A stretch of 64,000 nt of DNA from Planctomycetota bacterium (GCA_016795205.1 JAEUHZ010000045.1:1-64000), one strand, 5' to 3'. Positions 37,580 to 47,163 are shown, counted from the first letter of the stretch. Made by a program: numbers and translations. The notes: generated by a model from the letters alone, not told the origin.

Positions 37580-39370
37580 ATGAACGTGCTCCTGCAGGTC
37601 CTGCTCCCCTTCCCGGTCCTCGCCACCCTCCACGCCGCGCCGGCCATGACGCCAGCGGCCAAGCCGGCGGTGTCACAGGCGTCGGGGCAGCCCCCGGCGT
37701 CTCCGGCTCAAGCGCCCGACCTGGGACGCGAGATCGATACGTCCCTGCGCTGGCTGCGCCATGCGCAGGACCCCGGAACCGGCGCCTACGGCGCGAGCGT
37801 CGAGGCCACGGCCTGGACCCTGCGCGCGATGATCCTCTCGCCGCGGCGCTACCAGCGCATCGACGGGCCCTTCGTGGAGCGCGCGCTGCAGTTCCTCGCG
37901 CAACGGCAGCGCGCCGACGGCGCCATCGCCGACGAGGGCGCCGCAGAGGCGGACGTCGTGCGACAGACGCGCGCGGCGGCCGGCGCGCTGGCGCTGCACG
38001 CCGACGACACGACCAAGGACGCGCTCCAGAAGGCGCTGGCCTTCGTGGCACGACACGGCGGTGACGCGCCGGCCTTCGACGATCCCGCGCTGCCGACGGA
38101 CCCACAGGCCCTGGTCGCGCGCGTCACGGAGCTGCTCGCCAAGCGTGGTCGCGAGGGCGCCTGGGACGGCGCGCTCGGCAAGGTCGGCGAGACCGCGCGC
38201 AACGTGAACGTGCTCGTGCGCGCCTGGCCCGCCTTGAAGCCGGCCGACTCTGCCCCGCCGCGCTTCCAACCGCTGCCGGCATCCGAGCCGGCCGACCCGG
38301 CCAAGGTCACGGCTGCCGTCGAGCGCGGCGGGCGCTGGCTCGCCGCGCAGGCCGACGGCGGGAAGTTCGGCGCTCCCGGGCGTCCGGATGCGGGCCTCAC
38401 CGCCATGGCGGTCGGCGCGCTGCTCGCCGTGCCGAAGCCGCGCCCGACCGAGGTCCAGGCCACGATCGACGCCGGCATCGCCTGGCTCGTGTCCCTGCAG
38501 AAGCCGGACGGCTCGATCCACGACGGCAAGTACGCCAACTACGCCACCTCCGCCGCCATCCTGGCGCTGGTGCGCCACGGCGACCCGGCGCACGCGCCGG
38601 TGATCGGCAAGGCGCGCGATTGGCTGGTCGCGCTGCAGGTCGGGCCGGAGGAGGGCTACTCGCCGGACCACCCCTACTACGGCGGCATCGGGTACGGCTC
38701 GAGCGAGCGGCCCGACCTCTCGAATTTGCAGTTCGCGCTCGAGGCGCTGGCCGCGTCGGGGCTGCCCAAGGAAGACGCCGCCTTCCAGCGCGCCCTGAAG
38801 TTCCTGCAGCGCTGCCAGAACCGTTCCGAGTCGAACGACATCGCGATCCCCGACGGCGGGAAGGTCGTCGTCTCGGGCGACGACGGCGGTGCGGCCTACC
38901 TGCCGGGGCAGTCGTTCGCCGGGACGATCGAGCTGGAGGACGGCCGCAAGATCGCGCGCTCGTACGGATCGATGACCTACGCGCTCCTGAAGGGCTACAT
39001 CTTCGCCGGCCTGCCGCGGGAGGACCCGCGGATGAAGGCCGCCTGGAGCTGGATCTCGAAGAACTGGACGCTCGACGTGAACCCCGGCTTCCAGGCCGGC
39101 GCCGATCCGACGGCGGCCTACCAGGGTCTCTACTACTACTTCCACACGATGGCCAAGGCACTCGACCTCTACGGCAGCGAAGTCGTCGTCGACGCCCAGG
39201 GCAAGGAGCACCGCTGGCGCGAAGAGCTGGCCGGGCGCGTGCTGGGGCTCGCGCGCAAGGTCGACGGCGCGTGGACCAACGAGAACTCCCCGCGCTGGCA
39301 GGAGGGCAACCCGGTGCTCGGGACCGCCTACGCGCTGCTCACGCTGGAGCTGACGCGGAATCGGCCGTAG
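37580..39370 (+). CDS. Secreted prenyltransferase/squalene-oxidase-repeat (alpha-alpha toroid, QW-like repeat) protein
   Basis: 596 aa. Signal peptide MNVLLQVLLPFPVLATLHAAPA. Recurring QxxDG motifs (LRHAQDPGTGAYGAS, LAQRQRADGAIADEG, LQKPDGSIHDGKY, LQRCQNRSESNDIAIPDGG). No CxEQ thioester motif. Confidence 0.6.
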   Translation: MNVLLQVLLPFPVLATLHAAPAMTPAAKPAVSQASGQPPASPAQAPDLGREIDTSLRWLRHAQDPGTGAYGASVEATAWTLRAMILSPRRYQRIDGPFVERALQFLAQRQRADGAIADEGAAEADVVRQTRAAAGALALHADDTTKDALQKALAFVARHGGDAPAFDDPALPTDPQALVARVTELLAKRGREGAWDGALGKVGETARNVNVLVRAWPALKPADSAPPRFQPLPASEPADPAKVTAAVERGGRWLAAQADGGKFGAPGRPDAGLTAMAVGALLAVPKPRPTEVQATIDAGIAWLVSLQKPDGSIHDGKYANYATSAAILALVRHGDPAHAPVIGKARDWLVALQVGPEEGYSPDHPYYGGIGYGSSERPDLSNLQFALEALAASGLPKEDAAFQRALKFLQRCQNRSESNDIAIPDGGKVVVSGDDGGAAYLPGQSFAGTIELEDGRKIARSYGSMTYALLKGYIFAGLPREDPRMKAAWSWISKNWTLDVNPGFQAGADPTAAYQGLYYYFHTMAKALDLYGSEVVVDAQGKEHRWREELAGRVLGLARKVDGAWTNENSPRWQEGNPVLGTAYALLTLELTRNRP

Positions 39371-39434
39371 CGGAACGCAGCGCGGCGCGCCGCGCGCGGT
39401 GCCCGTGCGCGGCGCGGCGCCGCGCCCGCCGCCC

Positions 39435-40502
39435 TCACTTCAGCTTCTCCCAGTACTCGGCCGGCATGTCGTGCGCGATCTTGAGCGCGCCGTTGGCCCC
39501 GCCGTAGACGGGCTCGTCGATGCGCAGGACCTTGCCCGAGCCCAGACGCTGCTTCATCTCGGCCTCGATGGCCAGATCGAGCCCCTTGATCAGGCTGCCG
39601 CCGCCGGCGAGCAGCACCCGGTTCTTCAGACGCTGCTGGAACTCCGGGTCGAACGTGGCGATCAACTGGGAGAGGCCTTGCACGATCGGGGGCACGATCG
39701 AGCGACAGGCGGTGCGCATTTCCTCGGTGATGTCGAACGCGGTGGGCTTCCCGTCGACGGGCAGATCGACGACGACGGGCGGCATGGCCTCGGACACGCT
39801 CGCGTGGCGTTCCTTGAGCTCCTTGATCATGCGCGTCGTGAACTGCGCCTGCGGGTGCTTGCGGCGTACGAGCTCGGCCAGCGCCTCGTCGACGTAGTCC
39901 CCGGCGAACGTGTTCGTGAGCTGGTCCGACTCCTCGGGCATCGTGCCGTGCATGCGGCACAGGTCCGTGGTGCCGGCGCCGATGTCGATCACCAGCACGT
40001 CCTCGAGCATGTCCAGCCCATAGGCCACCGCGAACGGCTCGGAGCACAGCATCACGGAGTCGAGCGACTCGCGCGCAGCCTTGAGGATGGCCTCCTTGTG
40101 GTGGATCGCGGCCTGCGCGGGGACGCCGATGACTCCGTACACCAGCTCGTCCGACTTGGGCTTGCCGAGGCGGATGATCTCACGGATGAGGTCCGCCGCG
40201 GCCTGCATGTTGCCTGCGACGTCGTCCGTCGTGCGCTGGCTGTGCTTCAGCACGCCTGCGGCCAGCGGGCGGTAGAACCGCAGCGAGAGCCGGTGCTCGA
40301 CGGCCTCGTCGCCGTACAGCACCTCCTTGCCGAGCAGCTTGCGCGCCACGACGTCCTTGGGGTAGCCGACGTGGGAGCTGAGCGTCGTGCGGACGCCGTT
40401 GCTCGCCGCGACCGAGGTCCGTGACGTGCCCAGGTCGATACCCATGTAGAGCACGCCCTGGTCTTTCTTGACCGCCTCGCCGACCTTGCCGTCCGCGCTC
40501 AT
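39435..40502 (-). CDS. Actin-like ATPase of the MreB/MamK/EutJ fold
   Basis: Phosphate-1 MGIDLGTSRTSVA, connect-1/phosphate-2 VLVIDIGAGTTDLC, adenosine motif VLLAGGGSLIKGLDLAIE. Start chosen at MSADGK 19 aa before GIDLGT. Not clearly orthologous to MreB itself. Confidence 0.7.
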   Translation of the reverse strand: MSADGKVGEAVKKDQGVLYMGIDLGTSRTSVAASNGVRTTLSSHVGYPKDVVARKLLGKEVLYGDEAVEHRLSLRFYRPLAAGVLKHSQRTTDDVAGNMQAAADLIREIIRLGKPKSDELVYGVIGVPAQAAIHHKEAILKAARESLDSVMLCSEPFAVAYGLDMLEDVLVIDIGAGTTDLCRMHGTMPEESDQLTNTFAGDYVDEALAELVRRKHPQAQFTTRMIKELKERHASVSEAMPPVVVDLPVDGKPTAFDITEEMRTACRSIVPPIVQGLSQLIATFDPEFQQRLKNRVLLAGGGSLIKGLDLAIEAEMKQRLGSGKVLRIDEPVYGGANGALKIAHDMPAEYWEKLK

Positions 40503-40540
40503 GTCGAACTCCGTCGCGGCCGCGCGAGGCGGCCCTCCGA

Positions 40541-41614
40541 TCACCTCTCGAGCTCGCGCTTCAAGGCCAGGTTGGCCTCGAGGATCGTGAGCATCATGAC
40601 CTTCTTGCGCTCGAACTCCGGCTCGGCGCCGCTGAGGCCCTGCACGGTCTTGTAGATGGACGGCAGGCCGAAGTCGACGCCCTTCAGGGATGCGACGCGG
40701 CGCAGCTCCTCCTCGGTCAGCCCCAGCGCCTGGGTCAGCTTGGCGATGCGGCGCTCGAGGATCTCGATCTGCCGCTGCTTCTCGCGCAGCTCCTCGGGCG
40801 TCGCGGGCTCGTGGTGCGGGACAGCCGGGACGAGCTTGGCCTCGTTGGCCCGTCGGATCGCGGTGGCCACGGCTTCCGGGTCCACCCCCACGAAGTTCCC
40901 GCCCTCGAACCCCTGCTGCGCGAGCAGCTCGAGCAGCGCCTGCCCGATCGGGTCGTCGGGGGTGAGTCGCGGAGCAGCGCCCGGCTGGCTCTCGGGCGGC
41001 GGAACGAAGGCCACGATGCGCGCCGGCTCCTCGGGCGCGAGCCCCGCGCCCTCGCGCGCGCGCTGCTTGGCGCGACGCTTCTTCTCGTAGAGCTGGTAGA
41101 GCTCGGTCTCGACGAAGCGGTCTCCGCCGGCGCCGTCGGCCACGGTCAGCCCGTCCTCGGCCACCGCCACCAGCGTCTCGAAGGACAAGTCCAGGCCTGC
41201 ACGGTTGTTCGCGACGCCGATCGAGAGCGAGATCCGCAGCGTCCGTCCGTCGCGGTCGAAACGCAGCTTGCGGGCCCCGGCCAACATGCGGCGCGCCAGC
41301 AGGCCGGCCGATTCGGGCGTCGTGTGCGGGAACACGAGCAGGATGCGATCGTCCTGCGTCAGGCCCAGGAGATCGCTGTCGCGCAGCGAGCCGCGCAGCA
41401 TGGACACGACGGCCTTGAGGATCTCGTCCTTGGACTCCCAGCCGTACAGGTCGTGGAGCTGCCCCAGCCGGTCGACGCCCACGAGCATGACGACGAGCGA
41501 GAACTTGTGCCGCACCGCGCGGTCGAACTCGGCGCGCATGAGCCGCTCGACGTCCTCGGCCGAGAAGAGCCCCTGGGCGGCCTCGGAGAGCTTCACGACC
41601 TGGAACTCGGGCAT
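40541..41614 (-). CDS. Degenerate GGDEF-like domain protein with C-terminal coiled coil
   Basis: GGDEF-fold region FSLVVMLVGVDRLGQLHDLYGWESKDEILKAV...RILLVFPHTTPESAGLLARRM...RISLSIGVAN has HTTPE in place of GGDEF. C-terminal LREKQRQIEILERRIAKLTQALGLTEEELRRV. Confidence 0.55.
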   Translation of the reverse strand: MPEFQVVKLSEAAQGLFSAEDVERLMRAEFDRAVRHKFSLVVMLVGVDRLGQLHDLYGWESKDEILKAVVSMLRGSLRDSDLLGLTQDDRILLVFPHTTPESAGLLARRMLAGARKLRFDRDGRTLRISLSIGVANNRAGLDLSFETLVAVAEDGLTVADGAGGDRFVETELYQLYEKKRRAKQRAREGAGLAPEEPARIVAFVPPPESQPGAAPRLTPDDPIGQALLELLAQQGFEGGNFVGVDPEAVATAIRRANEAKLVPAVPHHEPATPEELREKQRQIEILERRIAKLTQALGLTEEELRRVASLKGVDFGLPSIYKTVQGLSGAEPEFERKKVMMLTILEANLALKRELER

Positions 41615-41885
41615 CGGTGGCTGGGGCGGCTCGGACGGCGCGCGGACCCCGCTTCCGGGGCCGACACGGAACCCGCCGCGCCGACCGGAGTCAACCGTCC
41701 GGGGGGACGGAGGGACCAAGTCGGTCGCCGCGGGGGGCCCCCGGCGCTCGCTCCGGAGCCGGATCGGCAGCCGAGCGGGCCGCTCTTGAGGGGCTGCGGC
41801 TTGTCGGATCCGCGGTGGCCGCTTCCAATCGATCCTGGTCCGGGGCGCTCGGCAGGCGCGCGACCCGGCCCTCCCGGCGAGCCCC

Positions 41886-42818
41886 ATGAGCCCCACCCGC
41901 GTCCTCCTCGTGCCCATCCTCGCCCTCCTCGGGATCGCTCCGGCCTACGCGGGCGGGACGGAGCCCGGGAGCTTCCTGCTCTTCCCCGAGTTCGACAACC
42001 GGCCGGGCCAGGCGACGTACCTGACGGTCACGAACGTGAACGGCTCGACGACCTCGGGATCCGTCCGGCTCCACCTGAACTACGTCGACGCGGCGAACTG
42101 CCAGGTCGTGAACCGCTTCGCGGTCCTCACCCCGCGGGACACGCTGACGGTCGTGGCCGCCGCGCATGCCGTCGGCGTCGAGCGCGGCTACATGTGGTGC
42201 TACGCGCAGTCCATGACCGGCGTGCCGATCGACTTCGACCACCTGATCGGGGCCTGCCTGAGGATCGACGGCGTCACGGGGACCGAGTACTCGCTGCCGC
42301 CGCTCGTGCTGCAGGGCGTGCCGGGCGCCGGGCTGCCGACCGACGTGAACGGAAACGGCAAGCGCGATCTCGACGGGGTCGAGTACGAGCGCGCGCCGCG
42401 GACGATCTACGTGCCGCGCTTCACCGGACAGTCCGCCGAGCCGTTGCCGCGCGGCACGGCCTCGAGCGACATCGTGCTGCTCCACCCCCTGGCCGGTCCC
42501 GGGGTCACGACGAGCACGGCCTGGCTCGTGTGGAACGACAACGAGGAGGTCTTCTCGCTCGACACGTCCTTCTCCTGCTGGACGCGCCGCTCGCTGCTCT
42601 CGGTCTCGGGCGTCTTCGGCGCGGCCTTCCTGGCCGCCACGAACGACGACCCGCTCGAGGTCGTGGGCGCGCCGACGATCGAGACCGGCTGGTTCCAGGT
42701 GCGTGCCACCTCGGCGACGGGACCGGGCGGATCGACCGTCACGCCGCAGGTGTTCGGCTTCCTGGCCGAGCGCCGGCCGTACGGCGCCGCGGACCTGCCG
42801 TTCGTCGAGGATCTCTGA
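41886..42818 (+). CDS. Hypothetical secreted protein
   Basis: 310 aa. Signal peptide MSPTRVLLVPILALLGIAPAYAG. Cys-containing, beta-rich, no recognisable domain. Confidence 0.4.
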   Translation: MSPTRVLLVPILALLGIAPAYAGGTEPGSFLLFPEFDNRPGQATYLTVTNVNGSTTSGSVRLHLNYVDAANCQVVNRFAVLTPRDTLTVVAAAHAVGVERGYMWCYAQSMTGVPIDFDHLIGACLRIDGVTGTEYSLPPLVLQGVPGAGLPTDVNGNGKRDLDGVEYERAPRTIYVPRFTGQSAEPLPRGTASSDIVLLHPLAGPGVTTSTAWLVWNDNEEVFSLDTSFSCWTRRSLLSVSGVFGAAFLAATNDDPLEVVGAPTIETGWFQVRATSATGPGGSTVTPQVFGFLAERRPYGAADLPFVEDL

Positions 42819-42833
42819 GTGCTGCTCTCGGCG

Positions 42834-43589
42834 TCAGAGTAGCCAGCCACCGGCGACGGGCAGGTCGACGCCGGTCACGTGCCGCGCGTCGTCGGAAAGC
42901 AAGAACTCGGCCGCGGCCGCCACGTCCTCGGGCGTGCCGGCGAAGCCCAGCGGGATGCGGGCGGCGCGGGCCTCGTCGTGCGTCTGTGCGGCAGCCCCTT
43001 CATGGGGGATGACGCCGGGGGACACGAGGTTCACGCGCACGCCGTGCGCGGCCTCCTCGAGCGCCCAGGAGCGCACGAGGACCAGCAACGCGCTCTTCGC
43101 GGCGGCGTAGGCCGCGGCCTCGCGCCGGCCGCGCAGGCCTTCCAGGCCGGCGACGCCGAAGAACAGTGCCGCACCGCGCGCAGCGCGCAGCGGTTCGCGC
43201 GCGGCGTCGAAGGCGTGCACGGCGGAGAGCACGTTGTTCTCGAGCAGGCGTCGGACCTCGGCTGCCCGGGTGGTCGCCAGCGGCCCGGCGCTGAATTCGC
43301 CGACAGCGTGCACGAACGCGTCGAGCCGCCCGTCGCGGGCCAGCACGGCCTCGATCAGCGCACGCGTCTCGTCCTCGTCCTCGAGGTCGGCGCGGTGCAC
43401 GCGCCCCTCGAACTCGGCCGACAGCGCGTCGGCGCGCGCGGCCGAGGAGCGCCACGTCACGTGGACGCGGGCACCGGATCGCGCCAGTCGCCGGGCCACG
43501 GCCAGGCCGATGCCGCGCACCGAGCCCGAAACGAGCGCCACGCGCTGGCTGCGAGCTCCTGCTTCGGCGTGCTGGTCTGCGCCGGCCAC
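42834..43589 (-). CDS. Short-chain dehydrogenase/reductase (SDR)
   Basis: Cofactor motif VSGSVRGIGLAVARRLA, catalytic YAAAKSALLVL, PG motif NLVSPGVI. Confidence 0.8.
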   Translation of the reverse strand: MAGADQHAEAGARSQRVALVSGSVRGIGLAVARRLARSGARVHVTWRSSAARADALSAEFEGRVHRADLEDEDETRALIEAVLARDGRLDAFVHAVGEFSAGPLATTRAAEVRRLLENNVLSAVHAFDAAREPLRAARGAALFFGVAGLEGLRGRREAAAYAAAKSALLVLVRSWALEEAAHGVRVNLVSPGVIPHEGAAAQTHDEARAARIPLGFAGTPEDVAAAAEFLLSDDARHVTGVDLPVAGGWLL

Positions 43590-43616
43590 GGGGCGACGGT
43601 ACGCGGCGCCCGCGGA

Positions 43617-44195
43617 TCAGTAAAGGAGTCCCGCCCGCTGCGGGGGCCAGACGCGCAGGTCGACCTTGCCGACCAGGTTCGAGCGCGGGACGAGCCCGAA
43701 GTCGCGGCTGTCCGAGCTGTGACGACGGTTGTCGCCCAGCACGAAGTACGTGCCGGGCTGCACGTCGAGGACCAGGCTCGTGCGCGGATCCGGCGCGACC
43801 ACGTAGGGCTCGTCGAGCACGCGTCCATTCACCTGCACGCGGCCGTCCGCGACGCGCACACGGTCGCCGGGGACGCCGATCACGCGCTTGATGTAATCGA
43901 CGCTCGGATCGAGCGGATACTGGAGCACGACGATGTCGCCGCGCTGGACGTCGCCGAGCACGAGGCTCAGGTGGTCGATCACGATGCGGTCGCCGTCGTG
44001 GATGCCTGGCGACATCGAGCTGCCACGCACGACCGAGAAGTTGAAGACCAGGCCGTAGGCGGTGAGCAGCAGCAGCCCCATCTGCAGGCCAGTCAGGAGT
44101 GCCAGGCGTAGCCGGCTGCGGCGCGAGCGCGCCCGCCGCCCGGCGCGAGCCGCCGCGGCGTCCGGCGCTTCGACCGCCGGAGACGTCCAGCGCAT
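43617..44195 (-). CDS. lepB: Signal peptidase I
   Basis: TM helix then GSSMSPGIHDGDRIVI (Ser box), DYIKRVIGVPGDRV (Lys box), YFVLGDNRRHSSDSRDFGLV. Confidence 0.85.
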   Translation of the reverse strand: MRWTSPAVEAPDAAAARAGRRARSRRSRLRLALLTGLQMGLLLLTAYGLVFNFSVVRGSSMSPGIHDGDRIVIDHLSLVLGDVQRGDIVVLQYPLDPSVDYIKRVIGVPGDRVRVADGRVQVNGRVLDEPYVVAPDPRTSLVLDVQPGTYFVLGDNRRHSSDSRDFGLVPRSNLVGKVDLRVWPPQRAGLLY

Positions 44196-44410
44196 GACGA
44201 CCGGACGCGCCGCGCGGAGGTCAGCCGGGACTGGGGGCAGGCGTGAGCTCACGCCTCCCGCATCGGCCCGCAGGGCACACGGGGTTGAGCCCGACGCGGC
44301 CCGGGTGCGCGCCGACTCGCGCCTTCCGGCCCCGCACGCAGCGCGCTACCCTCGCGGCTCGCGCGCCGCCCGCGGCACCCCGCCGCGGAACGCGCCTGGA
44401 GCGGACCGCG

Positions 44411-45769
44411 ATGCACGCACCCGACCGCCGGCGATTCCTCCACGGGCTGGCAGCCACAGCGGCGGGTGTGCCGCTGGCCGCCTGCGCGGCGCGCGGCGCG
44501 GGACCCTCGCCCGGCAGCGTTCCGGCGAGCACACCGGTCTCGACGGAGGACGGAGCGGCTGGCGGCGCGCGCGCGGCGGACCAGGCCGCGGCGCGGGTCG
44601 AGCGCTTCGCGCACCTCGCCGACCAGCGTGGGAGCGTGGCGCCGATCGCTCCGTCCGAGCGCATCGCGCGGCGTGCACGGCTCTCGCGGACGCTCGCCGC
44701 CGCCGGGCTCGACGCCATCCTGGTCGAGCCGGGCGCGACGCTGACCTGGCTCACCGGCGTGACGTGGGGTCGCTCGGAGCGGCTGTTCGCGTACCTCGGC
44801 ACGGCCGACGGCGAGCATCGCTGGCTCGTGCCGGCCTTCGAGGAGGGCCGGGCGCGCCGGCAGATCGACGCCCAGGGCGGCCCGGGCGGCGCCCTGATCA
44901 CCTGGCAGGAGCACGAACGCGCCGAGCGCGTGCTGGCGGCGTACCTCGCCGAGCGCCGCATCGAGCGCGTGGCCATGGAGCCCCAGCTGCGCTTCGTGTT
45001 CGCAGACCGTCTCGGGGCGGCGCACGGGCGCGAGCGGATCGTCGCGGGGCACACCATCGTGTTCGCGCTGCGCGCCCAGAAGGACGCGCACGAGCTCGCG
45101 ATCCTGCGGCGCGCCAGCGAGCTGACCCAGCTCGCGATCCGGGAGGTGGCCGCCACGCTCGCGCCGGGCGACTCGGGCGCGGAGGTCGCGGCGCGCCTGG
45201 CTGCGGCGCACGAGCGGCTCGGGATGCGGAGTCCCTGGACCCTGGCGCTCGTCGACGCGGCCGCCGCGCTGCCGCACGGCGACGACCACCACCTCACGCT
45301 CGAGCGCGGGTCCGCGCTGCTGGTCGACACGGGCGCCAGCCTCCACGGCTACCAGAGCGACACGACGCGCACGTGGTTTCCCTTTGCCGCACCGCGCGCC
45401 GACGTCGAGCGCGCCTGGCAGGCCGTGCGCGCTGCGCAGGCACGCGCTTTCGAGACGATCGCGCCGGGCGTGCTGGCGCGCGCGGTGGACGCGCGGGCGC
45501 GGGCGGCGCTCGTCGAGAGCGGCTACCCGGGTGGCTACGCCGCTCTCACGCACCGGCTCGGACACGGGATCGGGCTGGAGGGCCACGAGGATCCCTACTT
45601 CGACGGGGGCAGTGAGGTCGTGCTCGCGCCGGGCATGACGCTCAGCGACGAGCCCGGCATCTACGTGGTCGGCAGCTTCGGCGTCCGCATCGAGGACATC
45701 GTCACGGTCACCGAGACGGGCGCGGATCACTTCGGGGAATGGCAGACCTCAGTGCGCTCACCGGCCTGA
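44411..45769 (+). CDS. M24-family Xaa-Pro peptidase with twin-arginine (Tat) signal
   Basis: MHAPDRRRFLHGLAATAAGVPLAACA. M24 metal sites LLVDTGASLHGYQSDTTRTW, HRLGHGIGLEGHE, GMTLSDEPGIY...RIEDIVTVT. Confidence 0.8.
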   Translation: MHAPDRRRFLHGLAATAAGVPLAACAARGAGPSPGSVPASTPVSTEDGAAGGARAADQAAARVERFAHLADQRGSVAPIAPSERIARRARLSRTLAAAGLDAILVEPGATLTWLTGVTWGRSERLFAYLGTADGEHRWLVPAFEEGRARRQIDAQGGPGGALITWQEHERAERVLAAYLAERRIERVAMEPQLRFVFADRLGAAHGRERIVAGHTIVFALRAQKDAHELAILRRASELTQLAIREVAATLAPGDSGAEVAARLAAAHERLGMRSPWTLALVDAAAALPHGDDHHLTLERGSALLVDTGASLHGYQSDTTRTWFPFAAPRADVERAWQAVRAAQARAFETIAPGVLARAVDARARAALVESGYPGGYAALTHRLGHGIGLEGHEDPYFDGGSEVVLAPGMTLSDEPGIYVVGSFGVRIEDIVTVTETGADHFGEWQTSVRSPA

Positions 45770-45938
45770 TCCGAGCCCCGTGCCAGATGCGGGACAACCA
45801 TCAAGTCCCTTGATCTCAGCACCTTAGAGCTACGCCAAGGGTCCTGACCCGACTTGCGAGGCCCGCGGCGTTGCGGCCCGGCGGAGTCCAGGGCAGCGGT
45901 CGCCCGCCCACTGGGAACGGCCGCCGAGGAGAAACCCC

Positions 45939-46067
45939 ATGGCTCACCCGCCCCCGGACACGTTCTGCCGCTTCTTCGGATTGGCCTTCTTCTGGACGAC
46001 CTTCGCCGCCTCGGCGGTCCTGGTCCTGGCCGTCTCGGGACTGCCCCGGCTGGTCTTCGGCAGCTGA
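45939..46067 (+). CDS. Small hydrophobic ORF (43 aa), not in the supplied track
   Basis: GGAGA Shine-Dalgarno 8 nt upstream of ATG. MAHPPPDTFCRFFGLAFFWTTFAASAVLVLAVSGLPRLVFGS has one TM helix. Sits in an otherwise empty 300-nt gap. Confidence 0.35.
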   Translation: MAHPPPDTFCRFFGLAFFWTTFAASAVLVLAVSGLPRLVFGS

Positions 46068-46076
46068 CCGGCTCGC

Positions 46077-47012
46077 TCAGCGGGCCGCGACGACCGCCGC
46101 GACGCCCGCGATTCCGAGCAGCGCGCCCAGCACGGCCCGTGCGCCGTGGCGTTCCCCGAGCGCGAGGCCCAGCGGCAAGGTGAAGAGCGGCGTCGTCGCG
46201 AACAAGACCGCGGCGACGCCGCTCGGCAGCCCGCGCAGCGCGAGGTGGAAGAGCGGAAGCCCGATCACCGAGCCGAACAGCGCGGCGAGGAACAGTCCGC
46301 GGCGCGCGCCGCGCTCGCGCCACGGTCGCGCGAGGGCCACGACCTCCCCGAGGACGCTCGCTCCGCGCGCCGCGCTCCCCAGCACGGCGGCGACGACGAA
46401 GGCGCCGGCGATGCCGCCGCTCATGCGCGCCAGGGTGCCACCCAGGACGTCGACACCCTGCATCGCCGCGTGGCCGGTCACGACGCCGGCCGCCTGGGCC
46501 ACCGCGCCCAACGCCGCGAAGGCCACACCGACGCGGCGCGCGCGTGGATCGCGTCCAGCCGCGCGCGGTCCCTCGCCGACGACGCAGGCCACGCCCAGCA
46601 CGACGAGCGCGCCGCCCAAGAGCGCGCTCCACGGCAGGCGCTCCCCGTGGAGGATCCAGCCCAGGAGGACCGCGGCGGGGACGTGGACCAGGGCCACCAT
46701 GGCCGCGAGCTGCACACCGCAGCGGGGCAAGGCCGCGAAGTACAGCGTGTCCCCCAGCGCGAACCCGAAGAAGCCGGAAAGCAAGAGCGCCGGCCACCGC
46801 GCGCTCTCAGGCAGCCCGGAGCTCGAGGCCGCGACGACCGCCGCGAAGACCGCGAACGCCAGCGCGTTCTTGAACAGGTTCGCCGCAGCGGCGCTGGGGG
46901 GTGCCGCACCGGCGCCGTGCGCCAGTGCGCGGCGAAAGAGGTGGCTGCCGAGGGCCCAGGTCGCGGCCGAGCCCAGCGCGCACAGCGCCGGCAGGAGTTC
47001 GATGCCGGCCAA
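46077..47012 (-). CDS. EamA-family (DMT superfamily) transporter
   Basis: 311 aa with ~10 hydrophobic segments and two EamA-like halves. Confidence 0.7.
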   Translation of the reverse strand: MAGIELLPALCALGSAATWALGSHLFRRALAHGAGAAPPSAAAANLFKNALAFAVFAAVVAASSSGLPESARWPALLLSGFFGFALGDTLYFAALPRCGVQLAAMVALVHVPAAVLLGWILHGERLPWSALLGGALVVLGVACVVGEGPRAAGRDPRARRVGVAFAALGAVAQAAGVVTGHAAMQGVDVLGGTLARMSGGIAGAFVVAAVLGSAARGASVLGEVVALARPWRERGARRGLFLAALFGSVIGLPLFHLALRGLPSGVAAVLFATTPLFTLPLGLALGERHGARAVLGALLGIAGVAAVVAAR

Positions 47013-47036
47013 GCTCGCGCGCCCCGCCAGCGGCGG

Positions 47037-47153
47037 TCAGGGCTTGCGCTTCGTGTTGACCTGCTTGCGCGACTTGCCCGAGCCCATCCCCATCTTGCGG
47101 GGCTTCGCGCGGCCGCGGGTCGGTCCCATGTTCTTCGTGCGTGCCTTGGCCAT
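47037..47153 (-). CDS. Small highly basic peptide (38 aa) with strong SD
   Basis: AGGGGAA 7 nt upstream of ATG. MAKARTKNMGPTRGRAKPRKMGMGSGKSRKQVNTKRKP has ~37% Lys/Arg (14/38). Longer track ORF trimmed to the SD-associated ATG. Confidence 0.45.
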   Translation of the reverse strand: MAKARTKNMGPTRGRAKPRKMGMGSGKSRKQVNTKRKP

Positions 47154-47163
47154 CGTCGTTCCC

